Shown piece by piece: positions 7,853-16,740 of a DNA stretch of 64,000 nucleotides. Below the pieces are notes generated by a model. That model made no database searches, had not been told where the DNA came from, and saw only the letters and a program-made list of their open reading frames with translations. The translations under genes and the position numbers were made by a program. The first letter of the stretch is position 1. Each line of letters opens with the position of its first letter. This DNA comes from Bacilli bacterium (GTDB lineage: Bacteria; Bacillota_I; Bacilli_A; RFN20; CAG-826), in the NCBI GenBank assembly GCA_024680795.1, contig JAILBR010000071.1, positions 2,541 through 66,540 on the forward strand. Direction: 5' to 3'.

Positions 7853-9136
7853 ATGGAAAAAGAAAATGTTGTTGCTACTTCTGAAGAAACAATCGAAAAA
7901 AATGAGAAAGTTTCTGAAGAGGTGAATGAAGAAGTAAAAGAAGAGACAACTGAAGAGGTTGTTGAAGAATCTTCTGAAGAACCTAAAAAGACTAAAAAGA
8001 AATTCTTTAAAAGAAAAAGATTAATCGATTACACCGCTGAAACCGATATTAAGTACCGTCCTCCTTTATCATATCGTCATTTTAGAATTTTTGGTTGGTT
8101 ATGTCTTTTAATCCAATTATTGTTTGGAACAATTGCCACTGGATTTGGTATGGCTAATGATCCTAGTTTTGTGACTAGGATTGACGCTTTCTCTAATGTT
8201 TCATCTATATTTGGCAGTTTGATGGCCCCATTCTTCTTATTTGCGACGTTCTCAGTGTTATTCAATGCAAAAGATGGGTACAAAAAATTATTTATCACCT
8301 ACGGTGGATTATCATTACTCATCATTGTTTTATACTATATTATTTATTACCACTTTATAACTGGCATTTTTAATGCTATTGGTGTTGAACAAGAAACAGT
8401 TGATGCCTTGTTTATGCTTTTCTCTAAATTAGGTTTCTTGGCAATTAACTTTTTTGTTGACTTGTTCCTTTGTACCTTATTTGCTTTCTTTGTTAACTAT
8501 GTTCCAAAGAAAATGTTCAAAGGGAAAAAGATTTATATCTTTAGATGTTTTGCGATTTTCCCAGTTTTATATGAAATGATTTCATTGGTCCTTAAGGCTT
8601 TGGCTTCCGAATCTATCGTTACATTGCCTATGGCATTATTCCCATTCTTAACTAGTAAACCATTTGCAACATTCTTTATCTTTGTTATCTTAGCTCTTAT
8701 TTTCAAAGGTAGAGAAAGACACTTTATCAAACACGGAAAAACTAAAGAGGAATACCGTGCATTCTTAAACACTAACGCAAATATATTCCATTTTGGTAGA
8801 ACATCAGCAATCTTATGTTTGATTGTTTCTTTAATCGATATAGTCTTAGCGCTCTTCCTATCTGCAGTCGTTGTTGTCACTAGATATGGTGCAGAAGCTC
8901 CCGCTGAAGCTATCAATGAAGCAATTAAAGTCGTTACAGGCTGGGGAATTGGCGGTGCTGCTCCATTATTACTCTTTGCACCTGTATTGTTGTTATTTAA
9001 CTACAAGAAGACATATAAGAAACCTTTATATGACACCATTATTCCTGTGGCGTCACTTGGCTTTATCATGATTGTCATGTTGGAAACAATCTTCCAACTT
9101 ACATTGTTCATTATTTCAAAGAACGTGGTTACATAA
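7853..9136 (+). CDS. Polytopic membrane protein of unknown family with a Glu-rich N-terminal tail
   Basis: Strong SD (AAAGGGGGG) 7 nt upstream. The first ~45 aa are E/K-rich (EEVNEEVKEETTEEVVEESSEE), followed by KKTKKKFFKRKR and then many hydrophobic segments. Confidence 0.6.
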   Translation: MEKENVVATSEETIEKNEKVSEEVNEEVKEETTEEVVEESSEEPKKTKKKFFKRKRLIDYTAETDIKYRPPLSYRHFRIFGWLCLLIQLLFGTIATGFGMANDPSFVTRIDAFSNVSSIFGSLMAPFFLFATFSVLFNAKDGYKKLFITYGGLSLLIIVLYYIIYYHFITGIFNAIGVEQETVDALFMLFSKLGFLAINFFVDLFLCTLFAFFVNYVPKKMFKGKKIYIFRCFAIFPVLYEMISLVLKALASESIVTLPMALFPFLTSKPFATFFIFVILALIFKGRERHFIKHGKTKEEYRAFLNTNANIFHFGRTSAILCLIVSLIDIVLALFLSAVVVVTRYGAEAPAEAINEAIKVVTGWGIGGAAPLLLFAPVLLLFNYKKTYKKPLYDTIIPVASLGFIMIVMLETIFQLTLFIISKNVVT

Positions 9137-9151
9137 TAAAAATTAATTTTT

Positions 9152-10909
9152 ATGGAATTTGGAAATTTTGCTGATAAAAACTTTGTAATATTTTTCTCCA
9201 TCGTCTTGGCGGTAACTTTGATATTACTTTTTGTTATTATCACTTATGCCTTTTCCGTTCAAAGAGAAAAACAATTTATTACTCAACTTTCTTATGAAAG
9301 TACGACTACAAATATTTATGTGATTGATGTTAAAAGAAATCGCATGACTTATTTCAATAAGAGTGACATGAAGAATAAGACTACATCTGATTTGATGTCG
9401 TTCTATTCTAGATTCCACCCTAACGATGTTGAAAAAGTGAAAACATGGATTTTCTCTATTTGTGTTAATCCCACAGTTGTTGATCAATATCTCGAAGCGG
9501 ATGTTCTGATTAATAACGGAAAGAAACCATGCTTCTCTTTACTTAAATTGCTTAAGTACAGCCCTGAAGTTGGATTGGTACATTTAGAGAGTCGTGTATT
9601 AAAATATATCACTCCAAATAATGTGACAAAAAGCAAGAAAAATAAAAAGACGCAAACTGGTATCGTTAAACGTAGCCAGATCTTATCTTTAATTTCTAAG
9701 AATAAATCCCTACGTGGATATTCTTATTGTGTGAGATTCTTCTATTCAAAACAAAAAGTTCTTTCTAATAACAAGATTGAAAGACACATGATTATGACAT
9801 TGAAAAATGTCATTTATCCTTTTGCTAGCAATAATAAAGTTCAAAGACAAATTCTTGATGAAGGCGGAAACGAACTCTTCTTATTTGATTTAAAAATCGC
9901 TAATAAAGAAGCCGCGATGCAACTTGCAACAAGTGTTGCACACGCTTTAAGGAAACAAATGGAAGTCAACGGCTTCTCTGGGTATATTTCTTTCGCGATT
10001 GGCATCGTAGAAAACGGCCAATATTATCAAGACTTTGATACGATTATTGAAAGCTGTCGTGAGGCATGTATTTCTGGTCAAACTAACGATAATGAAATCG
10101 TTATGCATCATCGTAATATCTCTGTGCCAAATGATATGGCAAAATATACAGAACAAATTGAACACATCCTTAAAGATGATGTTCTTAGATACTTGTTTAG
10201 ACCTATTATAGGGGTCAAAAACGGCACAGTTCTCGGATATTTTGAATACGTGAAGGCTTATGACTCACCATTCTCTAACTTCCAAGAAATGAGTAAATAT
10301 GCGGCCAGAATTAATAAGAATATTGATTTATTTGCAAATATTGCAAAGCACGTTATTCCTAAATTTGTTAGTGAATGCCGTGACAATAATGCCTCCTTAT
10401 TCTTATCGGTTTCTATGGTTGATATCGATCATATTGCTGATATCGTTGGAGACATTCCCGCTAGTTCTAAGGCAAGAATTACTTTGATTTTTGATGAGCA
10501 AGAAGTTAATGAAAACTCATCAAATGTCGATTTACTTTCTAGAGCGTTATTGGGGCTTAAAAATAAAGGCTATGAGTTAGCTCTATTATTAAACGATAAA
10601 GACTTATTGCTTGATGACGCAGTCTATAATTTATTTGATTACTTCGTTGTTGGTAGCGCAATGCTTGGCACAATTAGAAAGAATAATCATATTAGACTTT
10701 CTACCTATACGCTTATTGAATCTTTGCTTAAATATGGCAAACCGATTATCGCTACTGACCTAGAAAGCTGGCAAGCTGTTGAACTTATTATTAAGTCAGG
10801 TATTGAATATATTTCTAGTGAAGTAGTAGCGGCAAGTAACGATATGTTACTTCCGATCGAAAAGAAAAAGATGGAAAAAGTTATCTCCATGGCGGAGAAA
10901 TATTTATAA
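9152..10909 (+). CDS. Membrane-anchored PAS-like/GGDEF-like/EAL-like signalling protein with degenerate catalytic motifs
   Basis: N-terminal TM helix. The GGDEF position reads DEGGNELFLF. The EAL position reads FRPIIGVKNGTVLGYFEYVKAY. The DDFGTG position reads LLLNDKD and the EGVE position reads ATDLES. Confidence 0.55.
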   Translation: MEFGNFADKNFVIFFSIVLAVTLILLFVIITYAFSVQREKQFITQLSYESTTTNIYVIDVKRNRMTYFNKSDMKNKTTSDLMSFYSRFHPNDVEKVKTWIFSICVNPTVVDQYLEADVLINNGKKPCFSLLKLLKYSPEVGLVHLESRVLKYITPNNVTKSKKNKKTQTGIVKRSQILSLISKNKSLRGYSYCVRFFYSKQKVLSNNKIERHMIMTLKNVIYPFASNNKVQRQILDEGGNELFLFDLKIANKEAAMQLATSVAHALRKQMEVNGFSGYISFAIGIVENGQYYQDFDTIIESCREACISGQTNDNEIVMHHRNISVPNDMAKYTEQIEHILKDDVLRYLFRPIIGVKNGTVLGYFEYVKAYDSPFSNFQEMSKYAARINKNIDLFANIAKHVIPKFVSECRDNNASLFLSVSMVDIDHIADIVGDIPASSKARITLIFDEQEVNENSSNVDLLSRALLGLKNKGYELALLLNDKDLLLDDAVYNLFDYFVVGSAMLGTIRKNNHIRLSTYTLIESLLKYGKPIIATDLESWQAVELIIKSGIEYISSEVVAASNDMLLPIEKKKMEKVISMAEKYL

Positions 10910-10924
10910 GGAGTTTTACATCAT

Positions 10925-12361
10925 ATGGACAACAATCAAATTAAAAATGAATCCATTACCAGACAAGAAGATGATTTCGCTCAGTGGTACACTGATGTCT
11001 GCAAAAAAGCTGAATTAATGGATTATTCATCCGTTAAAGGTTTTATCATCTATCGCCCATACGGATATGCGATATGGGAACAAATCCAAAACTATTTAGA
11101 TAGACGTTTCAAAGAAACCGGACATGAAAATGTATACATGCCTATGGTTATCCCAGAAAGTTTATTTCAAAGAGAAAAAGAACACATTGAAGGCTTTGCC
11201 CCTGAATGCTTAATCGCTAATATCGGTGGCAACGCTCCTATCGATGATCCTTTAATCATTAGGCCTACTAGTGAAGTTTTATTCTGCGATCACTATCAAA
11301 AGATTATTAAGTCTTATAGAGATTTACCAAAACTATATAACCAATGGTGTTCTGTTGTTAGATGGGAAAAGACCACACGTCCTTTCTTAAGAGGTGCGGA
11401 ATTCTTATGGCAAGAAGGCCATACAATGCATGAAACTGAAGAAGAAGCTAGAACTGAAGCATTAAAAATGCTTGAAGTTTATGAAGATTTAGGTAGAGAT
11501 GTCTTAGCTATTCCTTTCTCAACTGGTCGTAAAACTGATAAAGAAAAATTCTCTGGCGCTTTAGAAACATATTCTATTGAAGCCTTAATGCCAGATGGAA
11601 AAGCTTTACAAAGTGGTACAACTCACTATTTCGGTAATGGCTTTGCCAAAGCATTTGGCATTCAATTCCAAGGTAGAGATGGTAAATTAGCTAACCCATA
11701 CCAAACTTCTTGGGGCGTATCCACAAGATTGATTGGTGCCACCATCATGGTACATGGCGATGATAATGGTTTAGTCTTACCTCCAGAAGTCGCTCCTATT
11801 CAAGTTGTTGTTGTACCAGTAGCGATGAATAAGCCAGGTGTCTTAACAGCAGCTAGAGAAGTCGAAAAGAAATTTAAAGATGCTGGATATCGTGTCAAAT
11901 TAGATGATAGTGATAAATCACCAGGATGGAAATTCTCTGAGTGGGAGATGAAAGGCGTTCCACTAAGAGTGGAACTTGGACCTCGTGACATCGAAAAAGG
12001 ACAAATTGTTTTCGCTAAACGTAATACAGGTGAAAAGATTATTTGTCCATTAGACGAAATGATTGAAAAGGCAAATGAGCTTAAAAAAGTCATTCAAAAG
12101 GAAATGTACGAACGTGCATTCAAATACTTACTTGAACATGTTACTGAAGTTCGTAATTTAGATGAACTTAATGCTGTTCTAGATAAAGGTGGCTACGCTA
12201 AGATGATGTGGTGTGGCGAAAGAGCATGCGAAGATAAAGTTAAGGAATTAACAACTGCTACTGCTAGATGCTTGCCATTTAATCAAATACCATTCGCAGA
12301 TACTTGCCCATGCTGTGGTAAGAAAGCAGAAAAAGTAGTCTTATTTGCTAAGGCTTACTAA
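10925..12361 (+). CDS. proS: Prolyl-tRNA synthetase, archaeal/eukaryote-like type (no bacterial INS editing insertion)
   Basis: 478 aa, N-terminal FAQWYTDV, class II core, and a C-terminal Cys-containing ProRS-C-like end (CPCCGKKA). Confidence 0.9.
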   Translation: MDNNQIKNESITRQEDDFAQWYTDVCKKAELMDYSSVKGFIIYRPYGYAIWEQIQNYLDRRFKETGHENVYMPMVIPESLFQREKEHIEGFAPECLIANIGGNAPIDDPLIIRPTSEVLFCDHYQKIIKSYRDLPKLYNQWCSVVRWEKTTRPFLRGAEFLWQEGHTMHETEEEARTEALKMLEVYEDLGRDVLAIPFSTGRKTDKEKFSGALETYSIEALMPDGKALQSGTTHYFGNGFAKAFGIQFQGRDGKLANPYQTSWGVSTRLIGATIMVHGDDNGLVLPPEVAPIQVVVVPVAMNKPGVLTAAREVEKKFKDAGYRVKLDDSDKSPGWKFSEWEMKGVPLRVELGPRDIEKGQIVFAKRNTGEKIICPLDEMIEKANELKKVIQKEMYERAFKYLLEHVTEVRNLDELNAVLDKGGYAKMMWCGERACEDKVKELTTATARCLPFNQIPFADTCPCCGKKAEKVVLFAKAY

Positions 12362-12381
12362 GATATAAAAAATTAATATAG

Positions 12382-12408
12382 GCGGAATGTGTTTGATATT
12401 CCGCTTTT
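12382..12408 (+). terminator. Rho-independent terminator after proS
   Basis: GCGGAAT (12382-12388) pairs with ATTCCGC (12398-12404), followed by TTTTATTT. Confidence 0.65.
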
Positions 12409-12410
12409 AT

Positions 12411-13088
12411 TTATTGCGAAATGAGGACAAAATAGATGCCGATGAACTGCAATACATCAGCAGCTAAAACAAAGAAGTGAAAGATACTATGGAACCACTT
12501 TTGTTTGCGGCCGAAAGTATAAAATATTGCTCCTGATGTATAGACGATTCCACCTAATAAGATAAATAAGAATACCTGAAAGTCCATCGCCTTAATAGCA
12601 GGGAAGAAGATAACTAATGCCCACCCAATAATTAAATATAAGGAATAAGACATGATATCGAGAACCTTGTTATTAGTTATCATACTGATAATTGTTAGAG
12701 TCATTCCGATAATAGCAAGTGACCACTCTAAAATTATTAAAGTAGTGGAAATCCACGCGATATTAATTGCTAACACACAAATAGGGGTGTATGTGGCAGC
12801 GACAAATAAATAAATATCAGAATGATCGATAATACGGCATATATGTCTTGATTTTGATTCTAATTTTCTTGAATGATATATCGCAGAATTTAAAAACATA
12901 ACCATCATAAAACCACTATAAATGTAGAAAGGATACATCTTTATAGCAGGCAAATTATGCTGAACTTGAAAGATAATAAATAAAATTGTTATGGCTAGAG
13001 CAAAGAAAAAACCAAGTAAATGAGATGTGGTATTAACTATCTCTTCACCATGACTATATTTTGGAAGGTTATAATTCTTCTTATCCAT
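12411..13088 (-). CDS. Hemolysin III / PAQR-family membrane protein
   Basis: Seven hydrophobic segments, with motifs NTTSHLLGF, DHSDIYLFVAATYTP and HFFVLAA. ATG at 13088 is preferred over the TTG one codon upstream. Confidence 0.8.
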   Translation of the reverse strand: MDKKNYNLPKYSHGEEIVNTTSHLLGFFFALAITILFIIFQVQHNLPAIKMYPFYIYSGFMMVMFLNSAIYHSRKLESKSRHICRIIDHSDIYLFVAATYTPICVLAINIAWISTTLIILEWSLAIIGMTLTIISMITNNKVLDIMSYSLYLIIGWALVIFFPAIKAMDFQVFLFILLGGIVYTSGAIFYTFGRKQKWFHSIFHFFVLAADVLQFIGIYFVLISQ

Positions 13089-13121
13089 CAATAAATATCA
13101 TAAACAATCTCTATTCTTTAT

Positions 13122-13150
13122 AAAAGAAAAAACCTTGAACGAATTCAAGG
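13122..13150 (-). terminator. Rho-independent terminator after tRNA-Ser(GCU)
   Basis: CCTTGAA (13133-13139) pairs with TTCAAGG (13144-13150). On the minus strand it is followed by TTTTTTCTTTT. Confidence 0.6.
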
Positions 13151-13163
13151 ATTTTATCATTAT

Positions 13164-13254
13164 TGGCGGAGTAGGAGAGACTCGAACTCTCGCACCAGTT
13201 ACCCGATCTACTTCCTTAGCAGGGAAGCCCCTTCACCAACTTGGGTACTACTCC
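13164..13254 (-). tRNA. tRNA-Ser (anticodon GCU), CCA encoded
   Basis: In the reverse complement: acceptor GGAGTAG/CTACTCC, anticodon stem CTTCC/GGAAG with loop CTGCTAA, a long variable arm, T-arm GAGAG-TTCGAGT-CTCTC, then G-CCA. Confidence 0.9.
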
Positions 13255-13310
13255 ATTTTTCCGGTGAACGCTAGATATCATAACATAAAGTTATAATTAA
13301 TTTAATAGTT

Positions 13311-14243
13311 TTATTTGTTTTTTGCTAAAAGGTGATATCCAACTATTTCTTCGCTCTTTTCGATGAGTTCCTTTTCTCTGCCATATCTCTTATTCATAAA
13401 TCTATTTTTATGAGGATATCCAACTGAGTTAAACATGCAGGTTGGGCCATAGAATTCGCCTTCAACTGCATCTTCTGAAATAGCTGAAGCCGCTGCTAAA
13501 GCACTTTTCCAGGCTGGATTAGCAAATATGTGCATCACTAAATCAACGATTTCCCCAAATAGTTTTTTGTAAGTCTTCTTAAAGAGTGGCGTATAACACA
13601 CTCCTGGGTGAACCATATAATATCTGATGTTGCTATCCTTATCATTATCAAATAGATATTTAAATAGGAAAGAATCCATTAGCTTTGAATTAGAATATCT
13701 TCTCATTCTTGATAGTTTTGGGCTTGGCTCAAGAATATCGTTTGTGATTTTAGACCATCTAACCGCCACTGAGCCAGTGATGATCATTTTTACTTCATGT
13801 TTCAAACTGTGTAAATACGGATTGAGAAGGCTATTGACCATTAATGGACCATAGAAGTTTGTGGAAATAGTGAGTTCCCTATTCTCTTTTAGCTGATATG
13901 GGATTCTAAATATCCCAGCGTTATGGTAAAAAACATCGACATCAATCTTTTTATCTATAATTTCTTCAACGAAATTTTTAACCGATTCTTCCTCACTCAT
14001 ATCCACTTTCATGAAGGATATGCTTGATTCTGGAAATTCTTTTTGAATGGATTCAACCGCTTTTACCCCTCTTTCAATAGAGCGAGCAGCGATGATAACA
14101 TTCATCTTTAAATAAGCACACATGCGTGATGCTTCGAAGCCAATTCCAGAGTTACCTCCAGTGATAATAATAGTTTTACCTTCTACATTCCCTTTGAAGT
14201 TTTTTGCTAAAAAATTGATGACTTGTTTCTTAACCATAGGCAT
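13311..14243 (-). CDS. Short-chain dehydrogenase/reductase (SDR) family oxidoreductase
   Basis: TGGNSGIG cofactor motif and the YSNSK catalytic YxxxK. Confidence 0.8.
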   Translation of the reverse strand: MPMVKKQVINFLAKNFKGNVEGKTIIITGGNSGIGFEASRMCAYLKMNVIIAARSIERGVKAVESIQKEFPESSISFMKVDMSEEESVKNFVEEIIDKKIDVDVFYHNAGIFRIPYQLKENRELTISTNFYGPLMVNSLLNPYLHSLKHEVKMIITGSVAVRWSKITNDILEPSPKLSRMRRYSNSKLMDSFLFKYLFDNDKDSNIRYYMVHPGVCYTPLFKKTYKKLFGEIVDLVMHIFANPAWKSALAAASAISEDAVEGEFYGPTCMFNSVGYPHKNRFMNKRYGREKELIEKSEEIVGYHLLAKNK

Positions 14244-14278
14244 ATTTTACGATTTTATCGTACAAGTACGCAAGAAAA

Positions 14279-14287
14279 TGATATAAT
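14279..14287 (+). promoter_or_regulatory. Extended -10 box (TGATATAAT) 6 nt upstream of the amidohydrolase ATG; leaderless candidate
   Basis: TGATATAAT at 14279-14287, then CAGCGC, then ATG at 14294. There is no SD. Confidence 0.5.
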
Positions 14288-14293
14288 CAGCGC

Positions 14294-15577
14294 ATGAGAA
14301 CATTACTAAAGAACGCAAAAATATTAAAAATGATCGATGAAAATATCATCGAAGGCCACGTTGCAATCACTGATAACATGATTAGTGAAGTAGGACCTGA
14401 TGTTGATATTAATGCTCAATACGATAAAGTGATTGATTGTGAAGGCAATTTATTGATGCCTGGATTTAAAAATGCTCACACTCATAGTGCAATGACCTTT
14501 TTAAGAAGCAAAGCTGATGATTCTTCTTTACAAGATTGGTTATTTAAAGAGATCTTCCCACGCGAAGCTAATTTACATCCTGGCTGTATTAAAGAATTAA
14601 CAAAAGTCGCTATTTTAGAATACTTAACTAGTGGCATCACTTCTTGCTTAGATATGTACTTTTTTATAGATGAATATAAAGAAGCATGTGATGAACTTGG
14701 CTTTAGAAGTGTATTTATCGGTATGTATAACCCTAAAGATGGAAGAGATGTTGATTCTTTAATAAGAATGTATAAAGAATGGAATCAAGATAAAAACGCT
14801 CTTAATAAAATGGTTATAGGAATGCATGCAGAATATACCGCCGATGAAGAACAGTTTATGGCAATGGAGAATTGTTTGAAAACAAGTGGCTCTCCTTTTT
14901 ATGTACACGCGTGTGAGACATATAGTGAAGTCAAAGAGTGTATTGATAAACGTGGTATGACTCCTATTGAATATTTCGATTTAAGACATTTATTTGATAA
15001 TGGTGGCGCTATTTTCCACGGTGTTTATTTAACGGATAACGACATGAAAATCTTAAAAGAAAAAGACATAACTGTTGTATCATGCCCAGCAAGCAATATG
15101 AAACTTGCAAGTGGTATTGCAGACATCACATGTATGTTAAATAAAGGACTTAGAATAGCCATTGGAACTGATGGTTCAGCAAGCAATAATGCACTAGATA
15201 TGTTTAGAGAAATGTATCTCCTAACTGGTCTACAAAAAATAGCAACAAAAAACCCAGTATCAATTTCAGCTTTTGAGGTACTTAAAATGGCTACTGTTAA
15301 TGGTGCTATAGCTATGAACCTTGATAACGCCAAATACCTTGAAGTTGGTCAGCTAGCAGATATCATCATGATTGATCTAATGAGGCCATCTATGCAGCCA
15401 ATCAATAACATCATCAGTAACCTTGTTTATAGCGGTGGTAAAGATGTTGTGAAAATGACCATGATTAATGGTAAAATTCTATATTTTGATGGTAAATTCC
15501 TAATTAATGAGGATATTTCTGAAATTTATAAGAAGGCTCAATCACTTACTGATGAGCTTGGAATTATAAAGCAATAA
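14294..15577 (+). CDS. mtaD: Amidohydrolase, 5-methylthioadenosine/S-adenosylhomocysteine deaminase-like
   Basis: PGFKNAHTHSAMT metal-binding motif, GTDGSASNNALDMF motif, 427 aa. Confidence 0.75.
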   Translation: MRTLLKNAKILKMIDENIIEGHVAITDNMISEVGPDVDINAQYDKVIDCEGNLLMPGFKNAHTHSAMTFLRSKADDSSLQDWLFKEIFPREANLHPGCIKELTKVAILEYLTSGITSCLDMYFFIDEYKEACDELGFRSVFIGMYNPKDGRDVDSLIRMYKEWNQDKNALNKMVIGMHAEYTADEEQFMAMENCLKTSGSPFYVHACETYSEVKECIDKRGMTPIEYFDLRHLFDNGGAIFHGVYLTDNDMKILKEKDITVVSCPASNMKLASGIADITCMLNKGLRIAIGTDGSASNNALDMFREMYLLTGLQKIATKNPVSISAFEVLKMATVNGAIAMNLDNAKYLEVGQLADIIMIDLMRPSMQPINNIISNLVYSGGKDVVKMTMINGKILYFDGKFLINEDISEIYKKAQSLTDELGIIKQ

Positions 15578-15581
15578 GACG

Positions 15582-16670
15582 CTATAAAGCTAGGTCTAAT
15601 AAAGTTGTATCTGATAACAAATCTTCGAGTTGTTTAACCGACGAGACTCGGAGATTTTTTGTTTGATAGTAATAGTGATTGACAAGCTTATCGAAAACCG
15701 TTTCTGCTTGTTGATAATGCTTTTCTTTATAACTATCAAGTTGCTCTAAAATTAAAGAGATAAAAGCACGTCTAAGCAAGGCATAAAATGAAGTTTCTAA
15801 CCAGTATGAAAAGGTGATATATGGAGAATTATCTTCATTTCTTTTGAAGGTTAAATATGTTTCAATACCATCTTCGGCAGTGTGCCATAAATCTACGAAA
15901 GCATAATTATAATTTAGAGTGGATTTGATTACTTCGAACGCATCTTTCTTTTGAATTATGATTTTTTCTTTATAGGGGAATTGAGGAAGTAAGTTCTTTT
16001 CAAATAGAGAAATGATTTTTTCATCCTTCTCAATAATGGTAATAGATTTAACAGATTCTTTTAAAGAAATCATGAATGGGAAATATCCTAGTCCTAAACC
16101 GAACACGATAACATTTCCATTTGCTTCTTTAATGGCTTTTTCCATGGTTTTAATTTCATTAGGAGTGATACTCATCCATGTAACCTTTTTTTCATTTAAA
16201 GCAATAAATGGAAATTCCTCTTTGAAAAAGGCTAAACTTGATATTTCATGATAGTCCTTGCTCACTTTAATATCGTCATACGCGAAGATTTCATATGGGC
16301 GGTAGTGATCTAACACTAAAGACATATTTCCTTCTTTGACCTTTTCAACCTTAATTGTTTTGTAATATGGATTATTTATAAATTCTTTTATGTCAGCTTC
16401 TTTAATAGCGGGATCGATAAATTGTTTGATGATTTCATCATTATCTTCTTCGTCAGCGTCGATTCCCCAATATTCAATTATTTTTGAAAGGAGAACTTCT
16501 TTTTCAGAAAGGTTATATGTTTTTGCTAAAACTTCAATTTCTTTTTTTGAAGCAATTTCATCATTATTTATGATGTCTAAAAACATATCAGAAAGCGATA
16601 AATTGAGATCATTTATATCGCTTATCTTACTTATGTAATCTAAAATTTCTGGTTTCTTTTCAATAATCAT
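15582..16670 (-). CDS. Hypothetical protein; the C-terminal half resembles a class I SAM-methyltransferase/spermidine-synthase-like fold
   Basis: TWMSITPNEIKTMEKAI, then the Gly-rich strand-loop VIVFGLGLGYF, then IIEKDEKII (an acidic residue at the end of beta-2). The N-terminal ~150 aa are acidic and helical. Confidence 0.4.
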   Translation of the reverse strand: MIIEKKPEILDYISKISDINDLNLSLSDMFLDIINNDEIASKKEIEVLAKTYNLSEKEVLLSKIIEYWGIDADEEDNDEIIKQFIDPAIKEADIKEFINNPYYKTIKVEKVKEGNMSLVLDHYRPYEIFAYDDIKVSKDYHEISSLAFFKEEFPFIALNEKKVTWMSITPNEIKTMEKAIKEANGNVIVFGLGLGYFPFMISLKESVKSITIIEKDEKIISLFEKNLLPQFPYKEKIIIQKKDAFEVIKSTLNYNYAFVDLWHTAEDGIETYLTFKRNEDNSPYITFSYWLETSFYALLRRAFISLILEQLDSYKEKHYQQAETVFDKLVNHYYYQTKNLRVSSVKQLEDLLSDTTLLDLAL

Positions 16671-16740
16671 CTTGTAGATAGGTTATCACATTTTTTCATT
16701 AATAGATTACATAAAATGTAAAATGATATATAATCTTCAC

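Noticed and set aside
7856-7990. The GAA/GAG-rich stretch at the start of the 7853 gene looked like a tandem repeat or possible contingency locus.
   Set aside because: The units are not exact at the nucleotide level. The stretch is in-frame, Glu-rich, low-complexity coding sequence rather than a simple-sequence repeat capable of phase variation.
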